From positions 930,001 to 994,000 of the forward strand of contig CP158636.1 in NCBI GenBank assembly GCA_050273025.1: a stretch of DNA of 64,000 bases. The letters run 5' to 3'. Of the stretch, positions 51,130 to 62,742 are shown piece by piece. The DNA comes from Cenococcum geophilum. Its lineage: Eukaryota. A program made the translations under genes and the position numbers. The notes under the pieces were generated by a model. The model had not been told where the DNA came from. It ran no database searches and worked only from the letters and a program-made list of their open reading frames with translations. The number at the start of each line of letters is the position of its first letter. The first letter of the stretch is position 1.

Positions 51130-52811
51130 ATAAGGTACTAAGCCTAATAGCCTAATACGCCGCTTATAAGACCTTCCTTAGTCTAAAGATAACCCTTATA
51201 ATTAGTTCTAATAATAAATAATCCTAAAAGTATAAAATTTAGCCCTAGGTATACTACCTATAATAGAGCTAACTATACCCTAGCTTTATACTGTAGAACT
51301 AAAGTTACCTCCTAAAATTAATAAGCTTATCACTACGGCATATAACGCCTCTATTAACCTATTATTATATTAACTTATTACTATAAAGACCGCTAGCGCC
51401 TATATGCTACCTACTAACCTCTAAAGCTTAGGCTAGATTAATATAGCAGCCTTAGAAGTAAAAGAGAACAGGCTCTATTATAGAGGTCGCCTATTTATCC
51501 CTAACTTAGAAAATCTACAACGGTAACTAATTTAAATGGCCTATAACCTTTAATTAAGCGGCTACCTAGGTAAAGGAGAAACCTATAAGCTTCTTAGCCA
51601 ATACTACTTCTAGCTAAAAATAATAGACTTAGTTAAACGCTTTATAGGCGCCTACTACGGTTATAAGCGCGCTAAGGCCTTTAATACAAAGTACTAAGGA
51701 CTACTATACCCTCTATTAGTACCTATACGATAATAGGCAGATATTGCTATAGATTTCGTTATTAACTTACTACCCTATAAACGACACGGCCGTACCTATA
51801 AGAACATTCTTATAATAATATACCAACTTATAAAAGAGCGCCACTATATCTTAACTAAAGGCGTAGCCGTTAGCGACATTACTAACGCCTTCCTTTATAA
51901 AGTTTACTAATTATATAGGCTACCTAACTTAATTACATCTAACTAAGGTATATAATTTAACTCTAATATATAGAGACGAATCTACTAACGCCTTAGCATT
52001 TTTATTAAGATATCTACATCCTTCTACTATAAAACTACTAGGTAACTAGAAAACGCTAATACTAGTATAAAAGCATACCTATAACAGGTAGTCGCCTATA
52101 GTTAAGATAACTAGGTAGATTATCTCCTACTAGGTAAATTCGCAGCGAATAACTACGTCTTAACTACTATAGGACTTACCTTATTCTTCGCGAATAAGGG
52201 TTATTACCCCTAATCTAGTATAGAGCCACTAGAACCTATTAATAAAAAACTGCTATATAAAAAACGCCTTTAGATGCTACTTATTAACTAGCATACAGAC
52301 CGTATAAAAAATCTACTTAACTACTACAAGGAAGAAATGGCCTAGGCTTAAGCAAAGCAGGCCTACTTTGCTAACTATTATAGAACGCCACCACCGGAGA
52401 TATGTATTGGCGACTAGGTATAGCTAAATATATATAATATCTCTACGCAGAGGCCTATAAAGTTACTTAATTATAAGAACCTTAGCCCCTATTTAATTAA
52501 ACGAGTTATTAATAGAGGAGCCGCATATAAGCTAAAACTCCTACTTACCCTAGCTACCCGCGGGATATAGCCCATATTTTACCTATAGCTACTACACCTC
52601 TATTAGCCTAACCCCTTACTAGGGTAAATATAGCCTAAACCCCTATTAGTACTAATCTAAGATAAGAACGAAGACGAGAACTATAAGGAGTAGACCGTTA
52701 AACAAATTATTAACTCTAAATACTTTAGCAAAGGTAGAGGACGACGGCTTTACTACAGAGCTATATATATAGGATTTAACATAAATTAGCCAGAATAGTA
52801 ACTATAGGAAG

Positions 52812-55800
52812 TGTTAGTTATATAAGGGGATATTATATAGCTACGGTTCGTAGATAGTATAATAATTGTTATTCTTTTATATGTTAGGGAGGGCGAGGAG
52901 CTTAAGGCTCCTCACTACGCTACTACCGCGGCGACACGTGACGGCAACTTGCCGCACGTAACGGTAACTTGCTACCTATAATAGCAATTTACCTTATATA
53001 ATAACCACTTGCCTTTATTTCTAACACTAGCAACTCTTCTTTTATGGTTGCTATCTATATATATATATACCGCTTAACTAGCGTAGCAAATATCAATCCT
53101 TTTTACTTACTATTGCTATTATAATATAAGTCTTGCTATCTTAAAATTTGCCTCTTAGTATATAGTGCTTTCTTACTTAGGAGTTATAGGTAGATATCTT
53201 ATTCGGAGGGCCGCTAAGGCGCTAGTAGTAAGCAAGCTAATAGCGATTTTCTATCCCGGGGATAAAAAATCCTAATTAGCTAGGTTAAGTTAGGGTCTGC
53301 AGAATATTATACTTTAAAAAGTCTTGGTAAGAGAATCTAACTAATTAGACAACTTTAACCGCCGGTTGAAGTTCCTAGATATCTTAAGACCTTATGTAAC
53401 TAAGAAATTTTTAGGGACTCCCTTTTAACCCAACCTTTAACTTATACACGTAGAGTATTTATATTAATAAACGTCTCTAGTACCTTATTTGGGTTCGCCT
53501 TCGTTATTATATCTACTAGGTTATCTTAGCTATTAATTTATTAAATCTTAAAGAGTTTTTAACGCTTATAGGATTGCTAAAGTGCTATAATATTGATTAT
53601 AAGGCGCTTCTTCTTTATAGTACTAAGCTTAACTAAATACTTATAGAGGGAATATAAGTTGGTGTATATGATTATAGGGATAATAGGAAGTTTAAGTCGA
53701 TCTATAATTATCTTTAGGGTAGTTCTAATTGTAATTGCTATATTAACTCTGCTAACCATTTTATATATCTCTAACACCAAAACACTTTAGGTAATGTGCT
53801 TGCTCTTAGTTAAGCTCTAATAGATAAGATTGCTATAGATTATAAAATTATTCTCTCTAGTAAATTCATTTGCGATAATAATTTTATATCCTAACTAGGA
53901 GCTAAAATCTTTATTATTTGCAAACGATCTATTAACAAATATAAAGAGCTTAGCGGTAGGAAGATTAATAGGCACATAAAGTAGTCCCTAATTGAGATGG
54001 TTTATTTACTAGAAAAAACACTTATTTAGGGTAAGGATATTATCCTTAATTAGTTCCTAGTGTTAGGCGGTAATAGAGAGATTAAATAAAGCCTTAGGTT
54101 AATAAATAGAAGTAATATAAGCTCCGCGAGCGCGTTGCTCTATATATCCTTACTTTTGAGAATTAGCGTTAATAACGTTAATCTTCTTACCTTAACCCTT
54201 CTGGCGCAGAGCAATAGAATCCTTGTTTAGGGAGAGGATACATTTATTAAAGAGTAATAGTATTATTAAACTAAGCTTTTTCTTTAGCTTTGCTATAAGA
54301 TTTACTTTTACTAGCTTGTCTTCTTTAAGAGCTAAGAATTAGTCGTCTCCTAAGATAATTATATTATTAGTTTATATGCCGACGATTTTAAATAGAGTTC
54401 CCGTAGTTATAATAAGGAAGCAGGAATTAAATATAGAAGTAGTTATTAAAAGCTTCTCTTTATAGTGCTTACTATAGGTAGCCTACTAGTAAGTTCCTAC
54501 CTCTGCGATTCTATATAATGGCTTAAGCATAACTATAATTATATCTTTAGGATACTGGTAGCGAATTTACTCTAAAAGGTATACTAATATTAAGCGCTAA
54601 AGGTGCGTCTCTAATTAGGTGTAGGCTTAAGTATTATCTTATAAATAAACCGCCATTCCATTCTTTATTAAGGAGGGAGCTAGCGTAATAATAACTTACT
54701 AACTAGCTTATTAAATCGTGGGAGACTGCGTAAGAATTACCTTTTTACTATTATTGTTATAGCCTTAGATAATAAGCCTTAATTTCTTAAATAGGGCGTT
54801 AGTAGCTTTACCCTTAATCTTATTAACTATTCTTAACTTAAAGATATAAACTCTATTAAACTTAATAGGGTTATACTTCTTAAATTTAAAGACTCCTCTT
54901 ATAATAAGACTATTGATCTCCTACTTATTAGATGCTTAGAAAGGAGCTCCTAAAGTTATAATACAACCTTCCTTTTAGAGCTATTTTACGAGTTTAAAGT
55001 TAGCCTTCTCCTTAGCTATTATAAAGGCTATTAATAACTTAACTCTATTCTTAATGGCGGCAACAAATTGTTCTTTAAAATTAATAAGATATTAGCGATT
55101 TTATAATCCCTTCGGGCGACCTCTACCACGTCATGGTTATAGCGCATCTACTATAATTATATCGGGATTATAGTCGCCTTCTAGAGTATATTAATTGTAG
55201 TTCTCTTCTAGGGTATCTTCTAGGGCATCCTATAAAGGCTTAAAATTATTATCTTTATAATAAGGCTTAATAATAGTTAAACGGAATTAAGTAGGTTTGT
55301 AAGGCATCTAAATAGTATAAGTTTAACTATTAATTATAATAAGTTAGTATAGGCCTAACTATCCTCCCTTTTTACGCTATACGCGTACCTTAAACTAGAG
55401 TAGCAGATTAAGCGTAGTTAAGGTATTTAGGCCATTTCTTATTCCTAGTGCATTATTAACCTAGCGTATAGCGTAGAGATATTACACCTCCTTTATTACC
55501 TTGCGAATAGCCTTAGCTTATTATATAATAAAGGGAAATAGTAGAGAATTATTAGTTATTTAAGGGTAGGCGCTAAAGACTAGTAATATAGGTATAAGTC
55601 TATCCGGGCCAGCAGAATTATTAATAGCTTTAATAGCCATTTGTAAGGTAAGTTCTTTACTAGTATCCTTTAGTTTTAAAGACATAATCTTATATATACG
55701 GCGTAATAGTATATAATATTTTTTTACTTTTCTAACGCTATTATATGCCTTAATAGGGACTTCCTTAACCTTAATTACTATTACCTTTATCTATTATTAA

Positions 55801-58800
55801 AACTCTATAAATAAGAAGTTCTTTCCTATGTCGTAGATAATTTAATTAGGGTGTCCTAAATAGACATTAATTTAGTATAACTAAAGGGTCTCCTATGCGT
55901 TTCTAGCTAATATATCTTTTAAGAAACACGCGGCTTAGAAGGAGGTTAAGAAGATAATAACTTAGAGCACTGGCTTGCCGCTAAGATATATAACGTTAAT
56001 AATAATATAGAAGTTAAAGTTATAGTTATTTTTAAGGGTAAACTTAAATTGGCTAGGGGACTTCTGGTTTATTTAGTAGTAATAATAATACTTTATAAGA
56101 TGCTTAATTGCCTTAACCTTAACTTTATAGCCTACTTACTAAAGAACCCTAAGCAATTAATAAACAGATAGGTGGCTAAAATAATGGTATAGTTAGCGTA
56201 ATTCCAACTTAGTTAAGTAGCTTTAAGTAATACTCTTTTCTAGTTAATAAAGAAGCAACTAGGGGTAACCCTACTTACGTATAATAGGTACCTAATTATC
56301 TCCCTAAATAAGTATATTCTTAAGGTTATTAAGCCTAATACCTAATTTATCTATATCTTTAATATAAAATAGAAATAAAGTATTTATAGGAATAATGTGA
56401 AAACTAATGTACCCTAAGGGGGTTTAAACCCTAATTGTGCCGAGAGAGATTGTAGTACCTTTACTAAAACGAATTGTATACTGGCCTGCTGTTAAATAGT
56501 TAATCTAAACAGAGCTATTAAGCTACTAAAGGGCTCAAACTTAAGGTTCTCCTACTATAGATACTCCTACGGCTCTAGTATCCGGTATAATACTATAAAA
56601 GACATTTACTAAGTATTTATCGTTAAAGGAAAACACGAAGCTCTCCTTTGGCTTATTAAAGATATCTAACTTCGTAATAGAATAGAGCGTAGATTAGTTA
56701 TTAAGGATAGCAACGGTTTATATACCATTTACCTTACTATACTTAGTAAAGTATTAGTTAGGTAAGTAATCCTCAATTTCTATATTTATAAGGAGCTATT
56801 TAGTCTTATTAACCTCACCCTTAAGGTCTTTTACGCCTTTATATTGAACTAGAAAGCTTTAGAAGTAGGCTATAGTAACCTTATAATTTCTAACATTTCT
56901 TATACTCTAACAGAACTTATTATATACCTCTTTTCGCTTATTAAGGGAGTATCTAGTTAACTAGCAATTTAGCTTCTTATAAATATAGCATTTCTTTTAG
57001 CAATTACTTTAAAATAAACCTCTATAAGGACCTCCATAATTACCTTATAGTTAATATTAATTATACCCTCTTCCATATTCCCTACCGCGGCCACTATATA
57101 TTTAATTAGTCTAGTTATAATTATATTAGTTAGGAATACTTAGTTAGGTAGGGTTTTCGGTATAGAACTATTAAGATTCTTATATTTGTATTATAGTACC
57201 TATAGCGGAGCGTAGCTTAGTATATACTCCTTTAAATATATCTATAGGTTTATATAGCACTAAGTTATACTTAGGAACGCTATAGCATACTAAGATAACC
57301 TAGTCCCTTAGGCTATTCTTATTTTAGTAAGTTTTAGTAAGGCTATATTAGATTTTCTAGAGTTTATTAAAGAGTAGTTAAAGGCACTCTAAATAAGTCT
57401 TTATTAGGTTAAAAGCAATAACTCTCTAAAATATAGTCTCCCGCTATTTAGATATATAAAGTTAGTAATTCTTATTAGTCTTAAAGTGGGCTCTAATAAG
57501 CTAAAGCATTACATTAAAGTTATAGTTTTTACCCGTAATATAGTCGTAATAAAATATTACCGCCCGTCCCTTTAATATAACAGAGAAAGCGTAATAGTAT
57601 TAGTAGCGTTAAATTTTAACCTTATTGCAACAGTTATAAAAGACCTATAGTTTTGCTCTAAGTATGTTATACAGTTCTCCTCTAAACTTCTTCTCTTTGT
57701 CCGAATATACCTTTATTAAATTCGTAACTTCTTATAGTAAAGGCTTACTAATTAGCTAGAGTAAAGGAGGTAGAGGCAAAGCAACTCTAAATAGAAGAGC
57801 ACCTCTAGGTAAGAGAGTAGCTTTAAGTAAGGGGTTAGCGTTCTAGGGGTTTTAATACGAATTAAAGTTACTTTCTAAAGAATATGGGTTGTTTTTAGGT
57901 TTCCGTAGTTAACATATAATCTTAGCTTCCGTCTATATTAGTTCTTCTATACTAGTAATAATGGCCTAAATATTACTAGTAATTAGGTTACCGTTTTTAG
58001 TAACGTATACCCTATTTCTATAGAGGAAGTCTTAAAAGTCTTAAATAATATTAACGTTGCTAAGTGCCTAGGTATTAGCAGTCTATCCTATAAAATCCTC
58101 CCTAAAATACTCCTATAGTTATAAGTCGGCGTAGTATCTATTTTAGTAGAATATAATATAGTATAAAAGAAAGCCGTTAACTTATTTTACGGTATAAGTT
58201 ATTATATTAAAGGCAAATTCGTCCTAATCTTTATTAATAAGTTTCGCGTACTTAGCTACCCCTAGTAGTAAGAAGTCTTTTTAGTTATTTAAGGTAGGCG
58301 TAGCCATATTTTTAGAGGGAGGGAAGTATTATTAGTATAGGGATTGTTGTTTAGTACGCGTTTATGATATATATTTATCATTTAGTACACGTTTGTTATT
58401 TAGTACGCGTTTATAACATATATTTGCGGTTATAGGGCTTAAAACTAGTTCTAGCCTTAAATCGCAAAGACTTATAAAGTATGTTATTCTGCGTAATAGA
58501 CGCAAAAATCTATAATCTTAGAAAGGCTTAGGACTAGTTCTGGCCTTTAGATCCTTAAATTTATAAAAGAGTTCTATTTAAGGTTTAGGACTAGTTCTAA
58601 CCTTAAAAGACAGCTTCCTCTAGCATAAGTAGCACTAGTATAGTAGCTTATCTCTTCTTAGTGGAATACCTAGCTATTCTATAGTATAATAGTAAAGTTA
58701 ACTACTAATTAGTATTGGTTATATAAGGGGATATTATATAACTACGGTTCGTAGATAGTATAATAATTATTGTTCTTTTATATATTAGGGAGGGCGAGGA

Positions 58801-58927
58801 GCTTAAGGCTCCTCGCTATACTACTACCGCGGCAACACGTGACAGCAACTTGCCGCACATAACGGCAACTTGCCACCTATAATGGCAATTTGCCTTATAT
58901 AGTGACTACTTGCCTTTATTCCTAATA
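52812..58927 (-). mobile_element. Ty1/Copia element G (GalEa-like), full length; LTRs 52812-53026 and 58713-58927 (215 bp)
   Basis: TSD GGAAG inside the A2 chromodomain (rejoined PEW.PWEDFKNAKDLI); RT VG.QTDD.IILG ~54370, KPLYGIAE ~54510; integrase ~55.6-56.2 kb. Confidence 0.93.
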
Positions 58928-59662
58928 GGAAGACTTTAAAAATGCAAAGGATCTAATTAGCGACTTTTACTACGCAAACCTATAGAAACTAGGCCTAAGT
59001 AGAAACTTTATACCTAATCCTCTATAGGAGCCCTTATAGAGTTAAACCGTTATATATTACTATATAAGGGTAAATTACCGTTAAATTTCCGTTAGATTGC
59101 GGTAAAGTGCGATCACGTGACTAGAATATCGTTAAGATGTTTAGGAATTTTAACCGGCAGTTAAAGTTATCTAATTGGTTAGATTTTTAGATACTAAGCC
59201 CTATTATATAACGTTGTTTCAAGCCTTTAGTAATACCCCCCTTTTCTTCTTTTCTATACCTTAAGTGTCCCTTCTATATATATATAGTAGCCACAGCATC
59301 GCCGGAGCTCCGCCTCTATAAGAGGGGGGGTAGTGTTACGGAACCCCACCGTAGGGGCCTCTATAGGAGAGCCCCGTGCTCTCGCGTACACCTTGCGTAT
59401 AGCTTATATTAGCTACGCGTAGGTATATCACCTCCTTACGCCCTCGACCCTTACGATCGATTACGTAACGTCTTGTAGACTCCTCAAATATATACGCTTT
59501 GTAGCCACTACCCCCGTCCCGTAACAACCTTCTTCCAGACTTTGTTTTAGAATTCTCGTTTACTAGCTACTAATAGATTCTATTCTTTTAACTAAGCCTT
59601 TATAATAGGTATAATATAGACTATAAAGCCTAAGGGCAGGCTTTTTTAGAGGGGGGGGGTAA

Positions 59663-60800
59663 TATTACATCTAGAGATGTATATAACTATTAGATTAGTT
59701 ATATAAGTTATAATTATTATATAATCTAACTAATCATAATTATAATTAACCCTTATGATTATAATAATCAATATAATCACCCGCGGTAAGAACGCGTAGG
59801 AACAGAATGTGGTGATAAAGCTTTAGTGTTAAGAGAGCTACTTCTTGATTTTCCTCATAATGATCGGCGCTTACTAGAAAGCGCCGAGCCCGTACTTTTG
59901 TATACAAAAAACGTCCGTGCGGGCTTTTAGAAAAAGTTGATGTACACGCGCCAACGCATATCCCCTTTTTAATCACCATCCACCTGTATTTTTACACCCA
60001 TATACTACTATGTCTTCCTTACAACGCACATTTACGCAAGCCTCTACCTAAAAGCAACTCAACGCGCAGAGTACCCACGCCTCTCACAAATGGCCACTGA
60101 CATCCTCTCTATACCAGCTATGTCAGCTAAAGTAGAACGCGTCTTCTCTAGCGCTTGGCGAACAATATTATAGGAGCTATTAAGGCCTGGAGCAAGAGTA
60201 GTAGAGCGATTAGAGTGTTTAGAAAGCTGGCTTCAGCAGGTCGTCAAGTTGGGAGGCTTCGCGACGGTAGATATAGCCGTCGAAGTTATCAACCTTAAAG
60301 GATCTATTGATAAAACGACGATCTATAATATGGGCAAGAGCACGGAGCAAGCAGGAAGCAAATAAGGCAGTAGATTTAATAAGAGAATAAAGTAGTAAGG
60401 GCGACTTATAGAGCCTCTCTTAAGCCCTAATCAATCTAATCCTAATTAGGAAATTAGTATATAACTAATATAACCAATATAACCAATATAATTAATTATA
60501 ATCAGATGGGGTGATTATATAATAATTAAAATCTATAGGCTGATTACAATTACGTTGATTATGTGCAACCCTAATTACAGCACTAGTAGAAAGTAGTAGA
60601 ACCTAGTAAAACTTAGTAGAACTTAGTAGATAGCTATAGTTATATAACTAAAAGATTATATAAAACTCTAAATAGCGCTACTTGTCTTTTTCTCCTTTCC
60701 TTTTCTCTAGCTTTAGATTCTCATTTATAGACAATCTAATTATATAGGCTTACGCGTCTCTCTTAATATATCCGTGCCTTAATTAGCTAAGTCGCTAACA
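59663..60800 (+). mobile_element. 3' LTR of element H (~228 bp after removing the hAT), preceded by PPT
   Basis: G-run 59651-59659, then T(A)TTACA...GCTAACA; 3' half resembles solo LTR 5406-5586 (GACAATC.AATTATA.AGG...CGTGCCT..ATT). Partner LTR is not in the window. Confidence 0.7.
59672..60573 (+). mobile_element. Internally deleted hAT transposon (902 bp)
   Basis: TIR TAGAGATGTATATAA versus reverse complement TAGGGTTGCACATAA; 8-bp TSD ATTACATC/ATTACAGC; hAT dimerization-domain remnant EYPRLSQMATDILSIPAMSA.VERVFSSA...LECLESW at ~60070-60230. Confidence 0.9.
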
Positions 60801-61127
60801 GTTTTAGTATATCTTAACTAGTTTAAAAAAGGTAAAAAGCGTCTTCTTCTACTTAAGTCTTTTAAGCTAGTTTTATAAGGCATATTGCCTAGGTATACGG
60901 TAGGGAGCAGGCAAGCCGAGCATGAGTTATAAGGAGAGTCGATGGAAGAGGACGATATGGTAAAGAGTATGGCAATAGCCTCGTACGGAGACAAACCGAT
61001 AAGGAGGAAAAGGGCTGTAAACCCAAGGTGCTTATAAGGAGGTGCCAAGCCTAGCCTTCGGCTAGGTCTTGGCTACCCCTAAGCGGCCCTTGGGCGATAC
61101 ACCCGAGTAAGGGTCAAAATAACCCTT

Positions 61128-61628
61128 ATATTTTTATCCTCATCTAGCTTATAGAGCTTTGTTTTCCCCTAGTTATTAATATCCTATAGTAAGACTTAAA
61201 CAGATTCTTTAAGCTTTAGTAAATTAGTCTTGGGTATTAATAGGTTGACGTACTTCCATAGACGATTATTATTGGCTTTTAACTTAATAACCTTAATCCA
61301 TTTATCCTAGTCGTTTGGGCTTATAAGAATAACGGGTAAGATAATAACGGGAGTGGCTTCTTATTAAGAGGTTATTTTTATGGGTGTCTATAGTCAAAAT
61401 GACGATGGAAATTAATGGGAATAATGGCTTTTAAATTAAGGATGATGCAGTAGACGGCCCGGGCTCATAACTGTTAAACGGACGATCAGGAATGAGAACT
61501 GTCTTATTAAATGTGGCTCTAGAGCCTCTATACATACATAAGAAAGGGGTAGTAGACTACGTCGGAGGCCGAGTCGGAGACCGAGACAATAGTAAGACGG
61601 TGGTAAGGAAATCCGATTCAGTTCGACA
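61128..61628 (-). mobile_element. Copia 5' fragment: probable LTR 61472-61628, PBS, gag N-terminus (~61128-61376)
   Basis: Minus strand CA|GTTATGAGCCC PBS typical of Copia; VIL.SPND(W)D.WI.VIK.KA...RLW.YVN Gag N-terminus; LTR ends TGTTAAAC / GTTCGACA form an IR after de-RIP. Confidence 0.7.
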
Positions 61629-62129
61629 GCTATACTGTAGTAACTAAGACGCCTTAATATAGGACTGTACGCAGTAACCATGACTAAGACGTTTTAATAA
61701 CGTCTTCTAGTATATAATATAGCAACTCTCTACGTATATATACTGCCTTAACTATATATGGTGGTAATAATAGAACGCGTTTAGGTGTTTGAATTTTAGA
61801 GTAATATTACGCGACCGCCTATAAGGTACCGATCTAACTTCAGGGGCCCGGCTAGCACAGCTACGCTCGGGGCAGGTCTAAGACTAGGCTCGGAAAAATA
61901 GCAGAAGCGGGCGGCGATTTGTAATTCTTGTATAAAAGTAAGCGCTATATAGTAATATCTCCCACTGACTGACTACTAACCAACACCTACACGAACTAAC
62001 GGCCAACGGCACGTTGTAGAACTGGACAAGGCGAATCGAACGCAGCAAAAAGCATCTAATTTGGCCTAGCAGTTGTTGCAGGATTCGGGGTTCCGACGGC
62101 CCTGCGTGAGCTCTACATCCGAAGGCCCC

Positions 62130-62280
62130 GCACGAAAGCTCTACACGAAGGCTCTGCGTACGGAGGCTCTACGTATAAAGGCTTTGCATATAGAGCCTCT
62201 CTGCGTAAAGCCTTTGTATGCAGAGCCTCCGTACGCAGAGTCCTTGTGTAGAGCCTTTGGATGCAGAGCCTTCGTGCAAG
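62130..62280. repeat. Degenerate 15-bp minisatellite (~10 units)
   Basis: Units such as ACGAAGGCTCTGCGT, ACGGAGGCTCTACGT, GTAAAGCCTTTGTAT, GCAGAGCCTCCGTAC. Confidence 0.7.
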
Positions 62281-62742
62281 CGACGCGACAACGAGATCGA
62301 ATTTAGGAAATTGGACGACGCAGTCTTGTAAATCACAGTCAATTTAGTTATTCTGGCCATTACGAAGAGCTTCAAGTGTTGTGGTGGTTGATAGATTTGG
62401 GAACAGAAAGGTGTATTTTGGCCCTTCTGGCTCGTTTCTTCCTACCAAAAATCCGAAGCGCATACCAGACCTTCTGGCCGAAAATAGCTTAGTGCGTAGT
62501 TGAACCTCGGAGGAAGGTCTGTCCGGGATAATCGTTAGCGCGGCATATTCGAGTCTATAATCTCGAATTCTCTTCGTACGGATCGTCTTGTCTCCTTCCG
62601 ATAATCCCGAATACTATGTGTCTTTGATCTAAAACCGGGTGGCGTATATCTTTGTGCTAGAGCATAACTAGTCCTGCTTCCGTCCCGCTGGAAGGAGAAG
62701 CAGGTAAATCGCTTGATGCATGTGGTGTCTCCCATACTCTTT

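Larger units (their letters stand above)
40058..59526 (+). mobile_element. Gypsy family A copy 2, full length with four nested insertions; LTRs 40058-40250 and 59334-59526 (193 bp)
   Basis: TSD ACCTT; Gag knuckle CYRCR.EG(H) ~41780; RT AYLD(D)IL ~43730; RNase H; integrase 51.5-52.6 kb; chromodomain split by Copia G; PPT before 59334. Confidence 0.95.
39974..59604. mobile_element. Solo LTR (~157 bp; pieces 39974-40057 and 59532-59604) split by Gypsy A2
   Basis: TSD ATAGG (39969-39973, 59605-59609); 5' part resembles solo LTR 5406-5586 (T.TTA..GCAC...GGGGCTT...TATAGACGT). Confidence 0.6.

Noticed and set aside
1..61000. Alternative genetic code with TAA/TAG read as Gln
   Set aside because: Stops differ between paralogous copies, come with general C>T/G>A bias including non-coding LTR ends, and are absent from the ankyrin gene; RIP explains them.
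1091..61681. Short ORF-track entries as real genes
   Set aside because: They are stop-free remnants or off-frame/antisense readings of RIPed transposons; a few (2122-2328, 3724-3930, 53577-53780) are in-frame pieces of the pseudogenes already listed.
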